A DNA stretch of 63,846 nt, filler included, from Hyphochytrium catenoides (taxonomy: Eukaryota > Protista > Hyphochytriomycota), in assembly GCA_900088475.1 (NCBI GenBank). It is 6 parts of 6 records of this genome, joined end to end, with 100 filler letters (N's around TTAATTAATTAA, not from the genome) between each part and the next. Parts side by side here need not be neighbours in the genome. Positions count along the whole stretch, not along the records: positions 17,716 to 32,843 come from FLMG01004730.1; positions 32,944 to 53,208 come from FLMG01003344.1; 4 more parts are not named here. One strand, given 5' to 3'. This document shows, one piece after another, positions 26,994 through 38,935 of this stretch. Positions within the stretch are counted from its first letter, which is position 1. The number at the start of each line of letters is the position of its first letter. A program made the position numbers and the translations under genes. Under the pieces are notes generated by a model. It saw nothing but the letters and a program-made list of their open reading frames with translations, was not told where the DNA came from and did no database searches.

Positions 26994-28729
26994 TGTTGAG
27001 TGCTACAATGTTCGTTGTCAGTAGTACAGTAGTCACTCTCTATACACACCTAGCTCTCAGGGACATGGACGTTACGGGTACACCTGTGTTATGGGAAAGA
27101 GGGATGTGAGAAGAATTTCCAGAAGAACAGGGGAACAGCACAGCAGAGAGGATGATGAGGGAAGCTGGGCCGAGAACAAGATCTCGAGTCCAGACCAGGC
27201 TCTCAGGACTCAGCGATCATTCAGAGAACGAAATCTCAATCAGATATCAATACCCAGTCCCTTTTTAACGTTTCATCTAGATTGTGCTCATACAGAAGCT
27301 TCAGGCATTGCCACCCAACTCTGTAAAGTTCATCAGGTTATGGGCCCACACTCGCAGTTGGTCGTGACTGTTGCTTCTCATCTTCTCACTTGAGCTGCTA
27401 GAGTGACGATCCTGTCGCATACAGTGACATCAAAGGAAGGCGGAGTTCATCCGCACAATATCGCTGTTCTACACAGCAAGGACCAGTATTCTATCTGGTC
27501 AAGCCGGGTACGAAGTTACCTGGATGAGTTAGACCTCCTCGTTCACATCGAGGATGAGAGTCAGACACTGCTGGCTGATGGCAAAGACCCGCTCACCAGT
27601 AAGAATTTCACAGAGACAAGCAAGAAGAACTGGAAGAAGAATGATCGGAAGACGATCAACAAACTGGTTCCCCTAGTCTCTGATGAGCTCCTGTCGCTGC
27701 TGGAAGGGCAAGAATCAGCGTACGCGGGATGGCTCAAACTGCAGGAGCACATGGATGGAAAGGAAGGGGACAACGTCCTCAGGCATCTCCAGGAGATCAC
27801 CAACTCCAGGTTTGATTCTGGAGGCACCACCTCTCTGAGATCCCACCTGACCACCCTGAAACAGAGGACAGACGCTCTAAAGAATATCTTCGAAAGGAGA
27901 AAGACGAAAGAGAGTCGGCACGACATTTATGAGACAATCCTGATCTCTTCAATTCTCCAAAGCCTCCCTCCGTCCTTTGGCTCTATAGTGAGCCACCCGT
28001 ACATCCTAGGGACTTCCTCTCTGGCTACAGATGAGGTCATGAACCGTATTATGGCTGATGAACAGAGAAGAGTGTCTAGCTCTGTACACTTTCAGGATAG
28101 CCTACCCTCTTCGGAGATGAATGCTCTCTCTGCTCCAGGAGAAAGGAAAAGAGAAGATCCCCCCCAGATCAGCGAAGACAGGAGAAACCTGCGCGTGGTA
28201 GCAGGCAGTGCGGCATCTGCCCGAAAAAGGGACATAACAGCGCAGACTGTTTTGAACTTCCAGAGAACGCTGCTCGCAGGCCAACTGGCTGGAAGTCTCG
28301 CGTCCACTTGGATAAGTTGCCGTTGGCACAGGAGCCCAGCAGTAAAAGCAATGCTCAGCAACTTAGTGCTCTCATAGCTGCTCACCTATCCTCCACTTCT
28401 TCTTCACCAGGAGCTCTATCATCAGTTGACACTACCAATCAGTATACAAAGTCTTCTGTCGACTCTGGTGAATCCTTTACCCTAGCTTCTATCCAGCAGG
28501 CTGCAGCGAAGGCGAAAGCCGTCCAGAGTAGCCACAAATGGCTGCTAGACAGCGGATGCTCCAGTCACATTACTGGAGATCGATCACTCTTTCTCTCTTT
28601 CACTTCTATTGACCCTCTTCCTCTCTTTACCGCTGACAACCGGCCAGTTTTTGCCGTGGGAAAAGGGAAGCATACTTATCCCTGCTGCCATTAGAGCTAC
28701 CACCCCTCTCTACCGCCGAATGTGCTTTG
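26994..28729 (+). mobile_element. 5' part of a Ty1/Copia element (LTR-B 26994-27335, primer-binding site (PBS), gag, protease)
   Basis: TG…CA LTR; PBS GGTTATGGGCCCA at 27336-27348; UBN2-type gag ORF 27403-28377 (YSIWSSRVRSYL…W…D…LLEGQESAYAGWLKL…ILQSLPPSF). After a frameshift come CGICPKKGHNSADC (CCHC knuckle) and protease WLLDSGCSSHITG. Confidence 0.92.
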
Positions 28730-29061
28730 TGTTGGATTATATGGGATGATTGGACAATGTCATTAGATGAGAGTGCTCTATTTATAAGCCCAACGGGGGT
28801 CCCATAATCTAGAGCTATTCTGACGATGCCAGCTATTCCTAATAAACCCTAAGATATTCAGTCATAGCGAAATCCCTGTCTAGAGCAGTCAGTCCCGAAG
28901 GTATTCCGGGGTACTGACCATAAGCCATAGATATAAACTGGGGCATTTCGTTTGCTTCATATCTCGGCTTCTACTGGGAGTTTGGAGCTGAAACTTGGGT
29001 AGTTAAGCTTGCCAGCTTGTAGTCCACATAGCTATGCCCTCAGACTCGAACACCTCCCCGC
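28730..29061 (-). mobile_element. LTR family A (3' LTR plus PPT of a minus-strand element)
   Basis: 323-bp TGTT…AACA with an adjacent minus-strand PPT GCGGGGAGG. Confidence 0.85.
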
Positions 29062-29399
29062 AGCTCGAACTCCCTCTTGTGAAGGGTCGAAGCTGAACAT
29101 TCACACGTCCCCGCATGCTGTAGACCCGCTAGAAAGAGATTACTTGGTTCTTGGGTTTCCATTGCACACATTTCTCAATGTACGATGAACAGCGAGGTTG
29201 GCGAGATGTTGGTTCCTTAGCGTCTTTGATAAACGCGTCGAGATCTCCAGAAAATTCCACATTGTCTAATTGCCTCAGCGCTAGGTAGAAAGAGTGGAGA
29301 ATATTGTTATCAGCGTCAAGCCTTTCTTGATTCGAAGCCTGCGTAATGATTGATTGTCCTTCATTTGGATCCTTGGGACCTTGATGTTGGTTGACTCCT

Positions 29400-30370
29400 G
29401 TCCGTGCTTCCTCTTTGGAAAGAGATAGTTTAGTTGGTTGTTGAGAAGTTTCCTTAGTGATGAGCTGGTTGTGTTCTTCAGTTCTTCTCAGTAGTGCCTT
29501 TACTGCTTCATGATAAGAAGTCTTCTTCTTTGATGGAGATAAGTCAATAATTTCTTCGAAGCTTTTGACAGATTCTGCTTAGAGCGTGATTTCCAGAAAG
29601 ACGGTCTGTGATGAGCGTTCTGCTCGAGTTCCCAGCATTTCTCCGAAGGATGGCTGCGACTTCCGCAAAATGGGCATTCCGGCCATTGGTCGCGAACTTT
29701 AATGTTTGATGATGATGGTGATCCTGGATGAGCCTTGTTCTTGGTCTCGTGATGACACCGGTTGTTGATGTAGAGTGTATGCTGCAAAGCCTTCTTCTTC
29801 TTCATCATCACTCTTGTTGGTAGTGCGCATAGCACGTCTTTGGTGTTGTTCTCCGATAAGAATATCATCTACGGCACTTGCACATAGTTCCCCCGTTCCA
29901 CGTACTCGGATGGCTTGAGCAATACCTTCATATGAGGGTGGGAGGGCCATAAGTACTCTGCAGCTTTATAGAGGTTGTCGTAGAAATCTTTTTTCTCCAT
30001 CATTTCGCGAAGTAAATCAAGCTTTCTCCTCTGCTCGCAAAGGAAGAGGCTTATGTCTTGTTCTTCATCTGCCTTTGCCGAAAAGAAGGAGGTAAGAGTA
30101 GTCACAATGTTGTTTGCGCTTCTGCTCTCAAAAGATTCTTCCAATTTGAGTCAAGCTTCTCTCGCAGTTCCTCTACGAGGTAGAAGGGGAATAATGTTGT
30201 CAGCGACTGCCAAAACAATCTTGTTGAACGCCCTTTTGTCATTCCTTAGCCACAAAAAGACTGCATCGTAGCCCTAGACGTAGACATGGACTTGTTCTTT
30301 TGAGGAGATATCAGGGGATCCTTGGCTCCCGTCAAAATGATGGAGATTCAGTTCATCGAGATAAGCCTTC
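29400..30370 (-). pseudogene. Copia gag remnant
   Basis: Frameshifted …LEESFESRSANNIVTTLTSFF…LMALPPSYEGIAQAI…CPFCGSRSHPSEKC (CCHC knuckle). Confidence 0.8.
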
Positions 30371-30371
30371 C

Positions 30372-32340
30372 TGCCCAGGGTTGCAAAGCCCGATGGTTGA
30401 CGCATTTACACCTGCTCGTCGAGATTGCCGTTCAGGAAGGCGGTCTTGATATCGACATGGTGCACTTCTAGATCCAGCGTGGCAGCCAGAGGGAGAAGAC
30501 AGCGCACAGTGTCGTGTCCAATCACTGGGGCAAAGACCTCTCCAAAGTCAATACCTTGCTATTGTTGATTGCCAAGAGCGACCAGGCGAGCCTTGTATTT
30601 GTCCACGGAACCGTCGCTATGTAACTTGACTCTAAAGACCCACTGACAGCCGATGACATGTGCGCCTGGCGGTGGAGGCACTAGGTCGTAGACCTCAATG
30701 AGCCTGCATTGACGTAAGCTCTGAGGTAATGGCGGCTAGCCATTCTGTAGCGTGAGGTCCAAGAGCGCTTCGCGTACTGTCCTTGGTTCAGAGACATAGA
30801 GAAGGTTGGCCTGACCTAATGGCAAAGAGAGAGAGTCTTCCTGTAAAGTCTGTCCGTCATAGGACCGAATGAAGGAGGGTGGTAGCGGCAGGAGAGGAGG
30901 AAGAAGGATCTCGCGGGTGGGCCTTCATTGTCTATAACCTCGGTGTCACTTGTCTCGAAGGAACTATCTCCCGCTTTGCTGCGATCGGGTGCCGACCCTG
31001 GGGAGCCAATGGCATCTGCTGCACCTGCTGTCCCGATTGACCCAATGGCATCTGCTGCAACTGCTGTCCCAACTGAGCGTGCACTTTGTCCTTCTTGTCC
31101 CACTGCTGCTGCTTCTTCTGTCCCGACCGCGCGTGCACTTTGTCCTGCTTGTCTCTCTACTGCTTCTTCTTCAGCATCTAGTGGTCCTGCTGCTTCAGCT
31201 GTAGTGGCTTCTTCGCTCGCGATTGTTGGGAACAGAGAGACATAGGCATGAGGCTCCTGCCTCCCGGCCTTCTTCAACTAAAATGCACCCGAGCGAGACT
31301 CGTCAATAATCACATCACGCCGCACAGAGATTCTCTTCGTCACAGGGTCATACAGCCGATAGCCATGCGTACCCGAGTCGTACCCTAGAAAAGATATTTC
31401 GAGCTCCGTGATCAAGCTTCTTGAGCATCGTCGAGGGCTTCAAGGCATACGCAAGTGAACCAAAGACGCGTAGGTGACCAACATCAGGTGGCTTCCCGTA
31501 CCATTTCTCGTACGGAGTAGAGCCAGCGAGAGAGCCAGTGGGGCAGCGGCTGACGACGTGAACAGTTGAGGCCAATGCATCTGCCCAAAAGAGGCTAGGC
31601 AGCTCAGCAGCAATTAAAAGGCATCTCGTCGCTTGCATGACAGTTCTCATCCAACGTTCACAGCATCCGTTGCTAGAGGGTGAATAAGCAGGTGTAGGTG
31701 AGTGCAGCATTCCGCGGCGATGAGCAGCGCCGCTCATGAACTCTACCCCGCGATCGGAGCGAATCTCGTTGACAGGCTGACCTGTCTGGTTCTCCATAAA
31801 GAGAATAAGCTCCTCCACCCTTTCTGCCTCTGCTTTGCCTCTAAGAAATTGTACAAAGCACCTCCGCGAGTGATCATCTACAACGAGTAGGAAGTATACA
31901 TAGCCTCGTTAGCTACGAGTATTGGCAATGCCCACGTCATCGTGCAGAAGTTCAAGCAGTCTTGTTGTCTTGAGAGGCTGAGCGTGGTAAGGCTTACGTG
32001 TTAGCTTGGCTAAGATGCAGGTCTCACAGAAGCACGGCAGCTGACAAGCTCTATCAAGAGCTATACCTGAAGCCTGTACGGCTAGTCTTCAAATATCTGT
32101 ATGATTGGGATGATTAAGCCGTTTGTGCCACAGGGTGATAGGCTCTTGCTTGCTCGTAGCTGCGGCTAGTCTTGGAGAAGAAGAGTCACTTTGTCCCCGT
32201 GCATCGGCAGCAGTGTCCGAGGAATAATAAACGGTTCCATTGGTCAAATCAATACGTCTCACTTGTTCTTGTGAGGTTAACTTTGCAATGTCCTTGACCA
32301 ATGAAGGACTGAGAGTGTAAGCTCCACTTGAGGTAGATTG
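30372..32340 (-). pseudogene. Copia pol remnant (GAG-pre-integrase, integrase, RT N-terminus)
   Basis: TLWHKRLNHPN; CETCILAKLTRKP; IRSDRGVEF…TPAYSPSSNGCCER…TPYEKWYGKPPDVGHLRVFGS; DGSVDKYKARLVA…EVFAPV…VDIKTAFLNGNLDE. Confidence 0.92.
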
Positions 32341-32538
32341 TTATAATGTATGGGATTTGAAGACACTCTTATTTCAGTTACGTGGTCTACTGATATGCTC
32401 AGAGTGAGTATGAGGGCTTATGGGACCCTGTTTCCCTCGTTATCACGTTGTCTAGTTGTTCTGCAGAGTAACTGTGTCTCGTATCAGCCACAAGACTCAG
32501 TTACTACTTCTTGGCGTCACATGATGACCTACCTAATG

Positions 32539-32641
32539 ATTGGCGAGCCCGAAGGGCGAAGCTTTTTTGTTTAGGTTTTTGTGTCAGGCGGTGCAGAATT
32601 TTTTTCCGATTTTTTGTTCGTCCGCGTCTGTCTGTCTGTCC

Positions 32642-32679
<38 letters not shown>

Positions 32680-32843
32680 GTATCTGTCTGTCTGTCTGTT
32701 CACAGGTAGTAAATCGTAACCCCCGGACCAGCACAATTCTGAAGTTGACGTTAATTCATGATTTGTTTCCAATCACCATTTAGATGAGCTTTCTTGGTTC
32801 GAATACATGTAAGTGCTTACGTAAATAGGAACATGAAAGGGGG
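32539..32843 (+). mobile_element. Second copy of the Helentron/DINE-like element (5' part, cut by the scaffold end)
   Basis: Near-identical to the reverse complement of 23437-23685, with a longer (GTCT)n tract. Confidence 0.8.
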
Positions 32844-32943
32844 NNNNNNNNNNNNNNNNNNNNNNNNNNNNNNNNNNNNNNNNNNNNTTAATTAATTAAN
32901 NNNNNNNNNNNNNNNNNNNNNNNNNNNNNNNNNNNNNNNNNNN
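32844..32943. other. Artificial scaffold linker
   Basis: N-TTAATTAATTAA-N. Confidence 0.97.
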
Positions 32944-33686
32944 AGAGAGAGAGAGAGAGGCCAAGAGGGGCAACTGCGACGAGAGCGGGAGCAAATGGTG
33001 CATAGCAATGGAACAAACTCACATCGAGAAGAGAAAGATACGAAGAGAAGAGAGACAAGAGAGAGAGAGAGAAAGAGAGAGTCTGATGGAGAGCCAGAGC
33101 GCAGACCTTGAGCATTGCAGGTATTTGCTACCGCTTGGCCAGGCCAAAGGATGAATAAAAGAAAGAAAGCGATGTGGGCCGTCCACTTCTGTGGGAGCTG
33201 CTGTGCCCAGCTAAGCCGCGTCATTCTCTCTGTCTCTTTAGCTTCTCTCCTGTCCTCTCTCTCTCTCTCTCTCTCACCCTTTCTTCGTCTTCCTCTGTCT
33301 GCTCAAGGCTCGCGCTGATGATTTCACTTTGTAGATGATGGGCTTCCTCCTTCTTTTCCGTCTTTTCTGGAGCGGTGAGATCTCTTGCTCTCTCTTGCTT
33401 TGCGATGGTAGCTTATTCCTTTCTCTTCGCCACTATTCTCCTAAACTCTGCCCCCGTCGCTTAACCNNNNNNNNNNNNNNAGAGAGAGAGAGAGAGAGAG
33501 AGAGAGAGGCACGATATAGAAGAAGAAGCAGAGAAGAGGTAGTAGACACATGACAACTTCACCAAAGAGAGAGACAGCAATATCCCGAGCGAGGCGGTAG
33601 CGAGAGAGAGGAAGAAAGAGAGGTAAGGAGAGGGGAATGAACAGAAAAAGAAGGCATCAAACAGTGGTCAAGAGGAAGAGAGAGTC

Positions 33687-33745
<59 letters not shown>

Positions 33746-34789
33746 CACCAAGAGACACAGAGGGAGAAGGATAATAACCGTCCTGGTACGACTGTAAAGC
33801 CTTGAAAGTCAGACGTTACCGGCTCTAACGGCTTGCGGGACTGAAAGAGCGCACTACCGTTTTCTCTGTTGAGTGAAGAGACGCCGGGGAGGCGGATCTT
33901 TAGGTTTTCGGGTTTGACGTATAACCACGCCACAAGCTTGGGCGGCATAGGTTTGGTTGAAATCAGAGACCAAGACGACGCGAGCCTTTTGCTCTTGCTG
34001 CAGGGCAGGGACTGTAGCTCTACCTCTCTCTCTCTCTATCTCTATCTATCGATCTTTTTTGTCTCTCTCTCTGTCTCCTTCTCTCTCTGCCTCCTCTCTC
34101 TCTCTCTGTCTTCCTTTCTGTCTCTCTTTCTCTCTCCCTCTCTCCCTCTCTCCCAGTGCCGCTCTCCTCTGTCAGCGCATCACCAGCATCGCTGATCATC
34201 CGTCTCGTCTCCTCTTCTCGACCTCCTCCTGCTTTCCCGTCGTTCTTCCATCCTTCGTCTCTTGATGTCCTCACTCTCATTCATCGTCGGCGGACAGCGC
34301 CAGAAATCTCTTCTACCCTTGATGTAAGCAAGCCTGTTTATGGTTGATGTCCCTGCCCTAATGCTCCCTGAAGAAAGACGAAGAAAGCAGCTCTTCTTTG
34401 GTTATGTTGTTCTAGCTTGTCTAGCATCATATTTCTGATTATTCTACAGCTTGGCCACTGGGCTATCTTCTGCTGCTGGCTTTGCTCATTACTCCTTATA
34501 GGACCCCAGTTCAACGTTACCTCTTCTTCTTTCTCTGTTCGTCCATCATGATAGACCACTGTCTTCTGCCTCAGGATGCGGTTCCTCCTCGTTCATCGTC
34601 CGCCTTACTAACTATACATCCTGTCTTCCCAGGACCTTGTTTGGCCCCTCCTGCTTATGATTAGGGCTTTAGAGGCTTCATCTCCTTCAGTGGTGGCCGC
34701 CGAGCACTCTTCCTTTCCTCTTGCTTCCCGTCGTCATCAGTTACTCTTGCTCGCTAGTATAGTTGTTGATTACCAAGTGCACCGGATAT

Positions 34790-35030
34790 TGACGCTTGCC
34801 TCCTTGGCTACTGACGCTTGCCTCCTTGGCTACTGACGCTTGCCTCCTCGGCCGCTGACGCTTGCCTCCTCGGCTCCTGATGACGCTTAACTCCTCCCGG
34901 CTACTGATGCTTGCCTCCTCGGCTATTGACGCTTGCCTCCTTGGCCGCTGGCGCTTGCCTCCTCGGCTTCTGACGCTTGCCTCCTTGGCTATTGACACTT
35001 GCCTCCTCAGCTACTGACGCTTGCCTCAGC
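34790..35030. repeat. 22-bp minisatellite, about 11 units
   Basis: Consensus TGACGCTTGCCTCCTYGGCTAC. Confidence 0.95.
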
Positions 35031-35458
35031 TCACTTCCTTCTTCTATCGCGGTTTCCCCATTACCATCCACTTACTCTGTTCAGGTTTCCTCATCCCTGA
35101 AGCTCTTAGCCTCTTCGTAACCCTAAAGGAGCTGGTGGCCAATGTGGCTGTCAAAGTGAAGGTCATCTTCCTGTTGCCCACCGTGCGTGCTTCTTAGAGC
35201 AAAGAGGAAGAAGAAGAAGAAGGGAATAGAGACAGGAAAAGAAGGAAAAGCGCATCATCAACTCTTTCTACTCTTCTCATAAAATCATTGTATTATGAGA
35301 AAGAACATATAGAAAGAAAGATTAAAAACTCCAACAGCGTCTATCTCTCTTCTCCTAACGTTCGCATATTGGTGCCAGTTCCTCCTCTGGCTTTTCCCTC
35401 TTTTATAAAAAAATAATGACCTAAATAAATCGTCATAAAACCCGTAATAAAAGCCCGC

Positions 35459-36760
35459 TTAGAGCTTCAGGCAGTTGAAGACGGCGCCGCCCTCCACAAT
35501 GCACTTGGACTGGTTGGGCGTTACATCGAGTGCAACAGGACCGTTGACCTTAGTGCACTGAGGCGTGGCTCCGCAGTAGGCAAAGCAGCCGTTAGGATCC
35601 TGGCTGTCAAACTTGTACGTCTCGCCTGCTGGGCAGACAACGCAGCCAAAGTACTTGGTGCCGAGGACAGTGGTCTCGAAGAGAGAAGAGCAAGCACCGT
35701 CCGCAGGCTTGGAGGTCTGGACGTTGATAGCTCCTACGCAGACATCCTTGGGCACAGGCTTGTTAGAGTCACACTTATAGGCTTCCCTGGGCTTCTCTGC
35801 TGGGGCTTCGGTGGAGGTGGTAGTAGCTGCTGCTTGTACTTTGACCAAAGCTTGAGGTGCAGCCGTGGGCGTAGTCTTCTTCTCTACCTGAGGTGCGGCG
35901 GGCGTGGAGGCTGGCTGCTGTTGGGCCACAGCCTTAGGCGCTACTGCTGCTGCCGCGCTCTCTCCGTTCCCAGGCTTGCAACCAGGAACACCGGTCTTCA
36001 CAGTGCCGCAGTAGGAGCCAGTAGGGCAGTTACCCTTAGGGAAGCCGCCCACACAGATAGGAATCGGGGCGCAGCCAGTCTTTCCTCCCTCGACAGAGAC
36101 GGGCAGCTGGCCACTGGGGCAGCCAGCTTCTTCTGGACTTCCAGCGGATGGAGAAGACGATGGCTGAGGTCCTGGTGCAGGAGAAGAGGATGGAGCACCA
36201 GGAGCAGAAGTAGGCTTGGGTCCATCAGCCACGGGGCCTGAGGAGGAAGGAGCAGGAGAAGAAGAAGGGGCACTAGGAGCCGGAGAAGGCTTGGGCGCTG
36301 GCGCATCCGCAACAGGTCCTGAGGAAGGAGTAGGCGCGGGTACCGGGGCAGGCGCTGGCTGGGGAGCAAGAGGAACACAGTTGGCGTTGTCCAGACATTC
36401 CAGGAGATTGTCTCTGTTGGTGTACAGGCACTTTGCCTGCCATGGGGACAGCTCTAGGTTGACAGGGGTCGTCACCTTCCCGCAGATTGGCTTGCCTTCG
36501 CAGGTGAAGTATGGGAACTTGTCAAGGTTGATCTCACCCTTGCCAGGGCATTGCAGGCAGGCGCGGGCAGGAGCTCCGTTGAGACTTGCATCGATCACGC
36601 CTGCAGCGCCATAAGAAGACGATGAGCAGCTGAGAGTGAGGTCTACGTCCACGCTTCCTGCGCAGTCAGGAAGATAGGAGCAGCCATCAGTAGCGGAGGC
36701 AGAAGCGCGGTTGGCAACGGCGGCAAGCGCGGCGATAACGAGGAAACGAAGAGGGGCCAT
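35459..36760 (-). CDS. Secreted Cys-rich, mucin-like surface protein (433 aa, intronless)
   Basis: Signal peptide MAPLRFLVIAALAAVANRASA and three Cys domains separated by P/S/A and T/A/P linkers. The central VSVEGG…PIC…GNCP…GSYC…TGVPGC module resembles oomycete mucin-like / cyst-germination proteins. Confidence 0.9.
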   Translation of the reverse strand: MAPLRFLVIAALAAVANRASASATDGCSYLPDCAGSVDVDLTLSCSSSSYGAAGVIDASLNGAPARACLQCPGKGEINLDKFPYFTCEGKPICGKVTTPVNLELSPWQAKCLYTNRDNLLECLDNANCVPLAPQPAPAPVPAPTPSSGPVADAPAPKPSPAPSAPSSSPAPSSSGPVADGPKPTSAPGAPSSSPAPGPQPSSSPSAGSPEEAGCPSGQLPVSVEGGKTGCAPIPICVGGFPKGNCPTGSYCGTVKTGVPGCKPGNGESAAAAVAPKAVAQQQPASTPAAPQVEKKTTPTAAPQALVKVQAAATTTSTEAPAEKPREAYKCDSNKPVPKDVCVGAINVQTSKPADGACSSLFETTVLGTKYFGCVVCPAGETYKFDSQDPNGCFAYCGATPQCTKVNGPVALDVTPNQSKCIVEGGAVFNCLKL

Positions 36761-36953
36761 GGCTCTCTCTTTCTCTTTCTCTCTCTCTCTCTGAGGAAAG
36801 GTGGACGGTGGCAGGATGATGTGAGCGGCAGCAGAGAAATTGAACAATAATGGAAAGATAGTCGAAGGCAAAGAGATGCCGGAACGGAAGGGAAAAAGGC
36901 AGAGCAGTCGGGAGGGAGAGAGACGAGAGAGAGAGAGATCCTGCGTAGGAGAG

Positions 36954-36968
36954 AGAATGGAAGATGAG
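36954..36968 (-). promoter_or_regulatory. Possible oomycete Inr-FPR core promoter
   Basis: CTCATCTTCCATTCT resembles (G)CTCATTYYNCAWTTT and lies about 200 nt upstream of ATG 36760, but in CT-rich DNA where chance matches are likely. Confidence 0.2.
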
Positions 36969-38562
36969 AGAGAACGCCCACAGCCACTAGATTTGTTCAT
37001 TTATGTTAGCAGCTGCACCGCTGACGATCGCTCATCATCTAGTGAGAGGCGCAGGGTTATCCGCGACTACTACTCTCGCTCTAGTAAAGATTCTCTTTTC
37101 TTTCTCTTTTTCGTCCTCTTTTCACTCTCTCTCTTCTCTTTCTCTCTCTCTCTTTCTCCCTCTCTCTCTCTTTCTCCCCTTCGTTTCTTCTTGATATGGG
37201 GGAAAGAGCTTTCTCTTTCTCTCTCTCTCTCTCTCTTTCTCCCCTTCGGATCTGATCTCTGAAGTTGATTTTGGGGAAGGGACAGAAGATTTAGCGAGCA
37301 CAGGCGAGAACTAGCAGAGAGGATATCGATGATGAGAGAATAAATGGCTTAGGTCACCACAGAGTAAAGAGTTACCTGTCACCAGCGCCGCCACTCGAGA
37401 GATGTGGAGCGTGCAGCCATAACGACAGCCGAAGAGGGCCAAAACTTGAATTGCTGCACGTACACGGGAGAGTGAAGGCCTCTACCGAGACGCTTCTCTC
37501 TCTCTCTGTCTCTGTCTCTCTCTCTCTCTCTCTCTGTCTCTGTCTCTCTCTCTCTGTCTCGTTCTTCCTCTCGCTCTCTTTCTTATGCTCTCTTTCTTAT
37601 GCTCTCTTTCTCGCTCTCCCTCTCTCTCTCTTTCTCTTTCTCTCTCTTTTTCTCTTCTTTCTTTCTCTTGCTCTCTCTCTCTTCCATTTCTCCCGCAGCT
37701 CTTCCACGTCAAGTAAGATTGTCTTCGTCTCGGCCACAAACATAAAAATCCATAAAGATCCTTGTGAACTTGGCAGAGTTTATTCTTCTTAGGCCTCTCT
37801 TGTGCCCTTGAGGCTTTGAAGACCTTCTCCTATCCTCTCATTCCTCTCTCTTTCTCTCTGCCTCTCTCTCTACCCCTCAGTCTCTTTGCGGGTGTCTCTC
37901 TGTTTTTCTCACACTCTGTGTCTCTACACTCTCTCTGTCTTTTTCCCTCTGTCTCTTTGTCACAGCGTGTGTTTCTCTCTATGAATTTGTCACACACTAT
38001 GTTTATCACACTCTCTTTCTCTGTGTCTGTCTCGTTTTCTCTCTGTCTCCCTGTCTCTCTTTCTCTCTCTCGCTTTTTCTCTACCTCGCTTTCTCTCTCT
38101 CTCTCTCTTTCCCTCTCTCTCTCTCTCTCTCTCTCCCTCTCTCTCTAGGAAGCTAACGCTTCCTGGTTGATGGCGGGTATGGTCGTTCCTTTTCCTCAAC
38201 GACAGGCGAGTAGCAGTTTCTAAGCTTAGTTGCCCTTGTTTCTTAGGCTTTTACTACTGTTTCGAGGGCACATAGAAGTAAGTAAGGTTACCGCCCGGGA
38301 GGTGTTACGTTGGACGTGAAGGTTATTCCCATAAAAAAGTGGGGGAGCCAAGAGGAAGAGCCGAAGGACGCTGGCAAAGGAAAAGGAGAAGCGTCCAGAG
38401 AGAGAGAGAAAGAGAGAGAAAGAGAAAGAGAGAGAGAAAGAGAGAGCAAGAGAGAACAAAAGGTAGAGTTGGAGACGCTACGTCGAGGGATACAAAGAGA
38501 AAATAAAGAAAAAGAGAAGAGAGAGACAGAGAGAGAAAGAAAGAAAAAGAGAGAGAGAGAAA

Positions 38563-38596
<34 letters not shown>

Positions 38597-38935
38597 AATA
38601 AAGAGAGAGAGAAAGAGAGAAAGAAACCAAAAAAGACCTCAATAATTACCGAACAATTCTATAGCTGTTCGGTAAAACATCAGTAAGGTACTTACTTGTA
38701 CAAGTATCTTCAACAGTGTCATTATTTACTGTATTGTGTTCCTCCAAGGACAAGTAAGTAAGTCCCCATCACGATCTATGGAGTGTACTGGACAGGCCAC
38801 TCTGAGCTCGTTTCTATGATATCGAGCTTGGAAAGTACACTTACACTACAAGTATCTCCCGAAGTGCAGAATTACTTAGACTTACTAAGTACAGATTTAC
38901 CGGATTTGCAGTACTGTTTTGCAGTACAGGTACTT

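Noticed and set aside
30928-31245. Ala/Ser-rich ORFs with short repeats
   Set aside because: They fall in the repetitive linker between Copia integrase and RT and are not an independent gene.
36761-37000. N-terminal 80 aa of the 513-aa ORF
   Set aside because: Low-complexity leader; the signal peptide starts at Met 36760.
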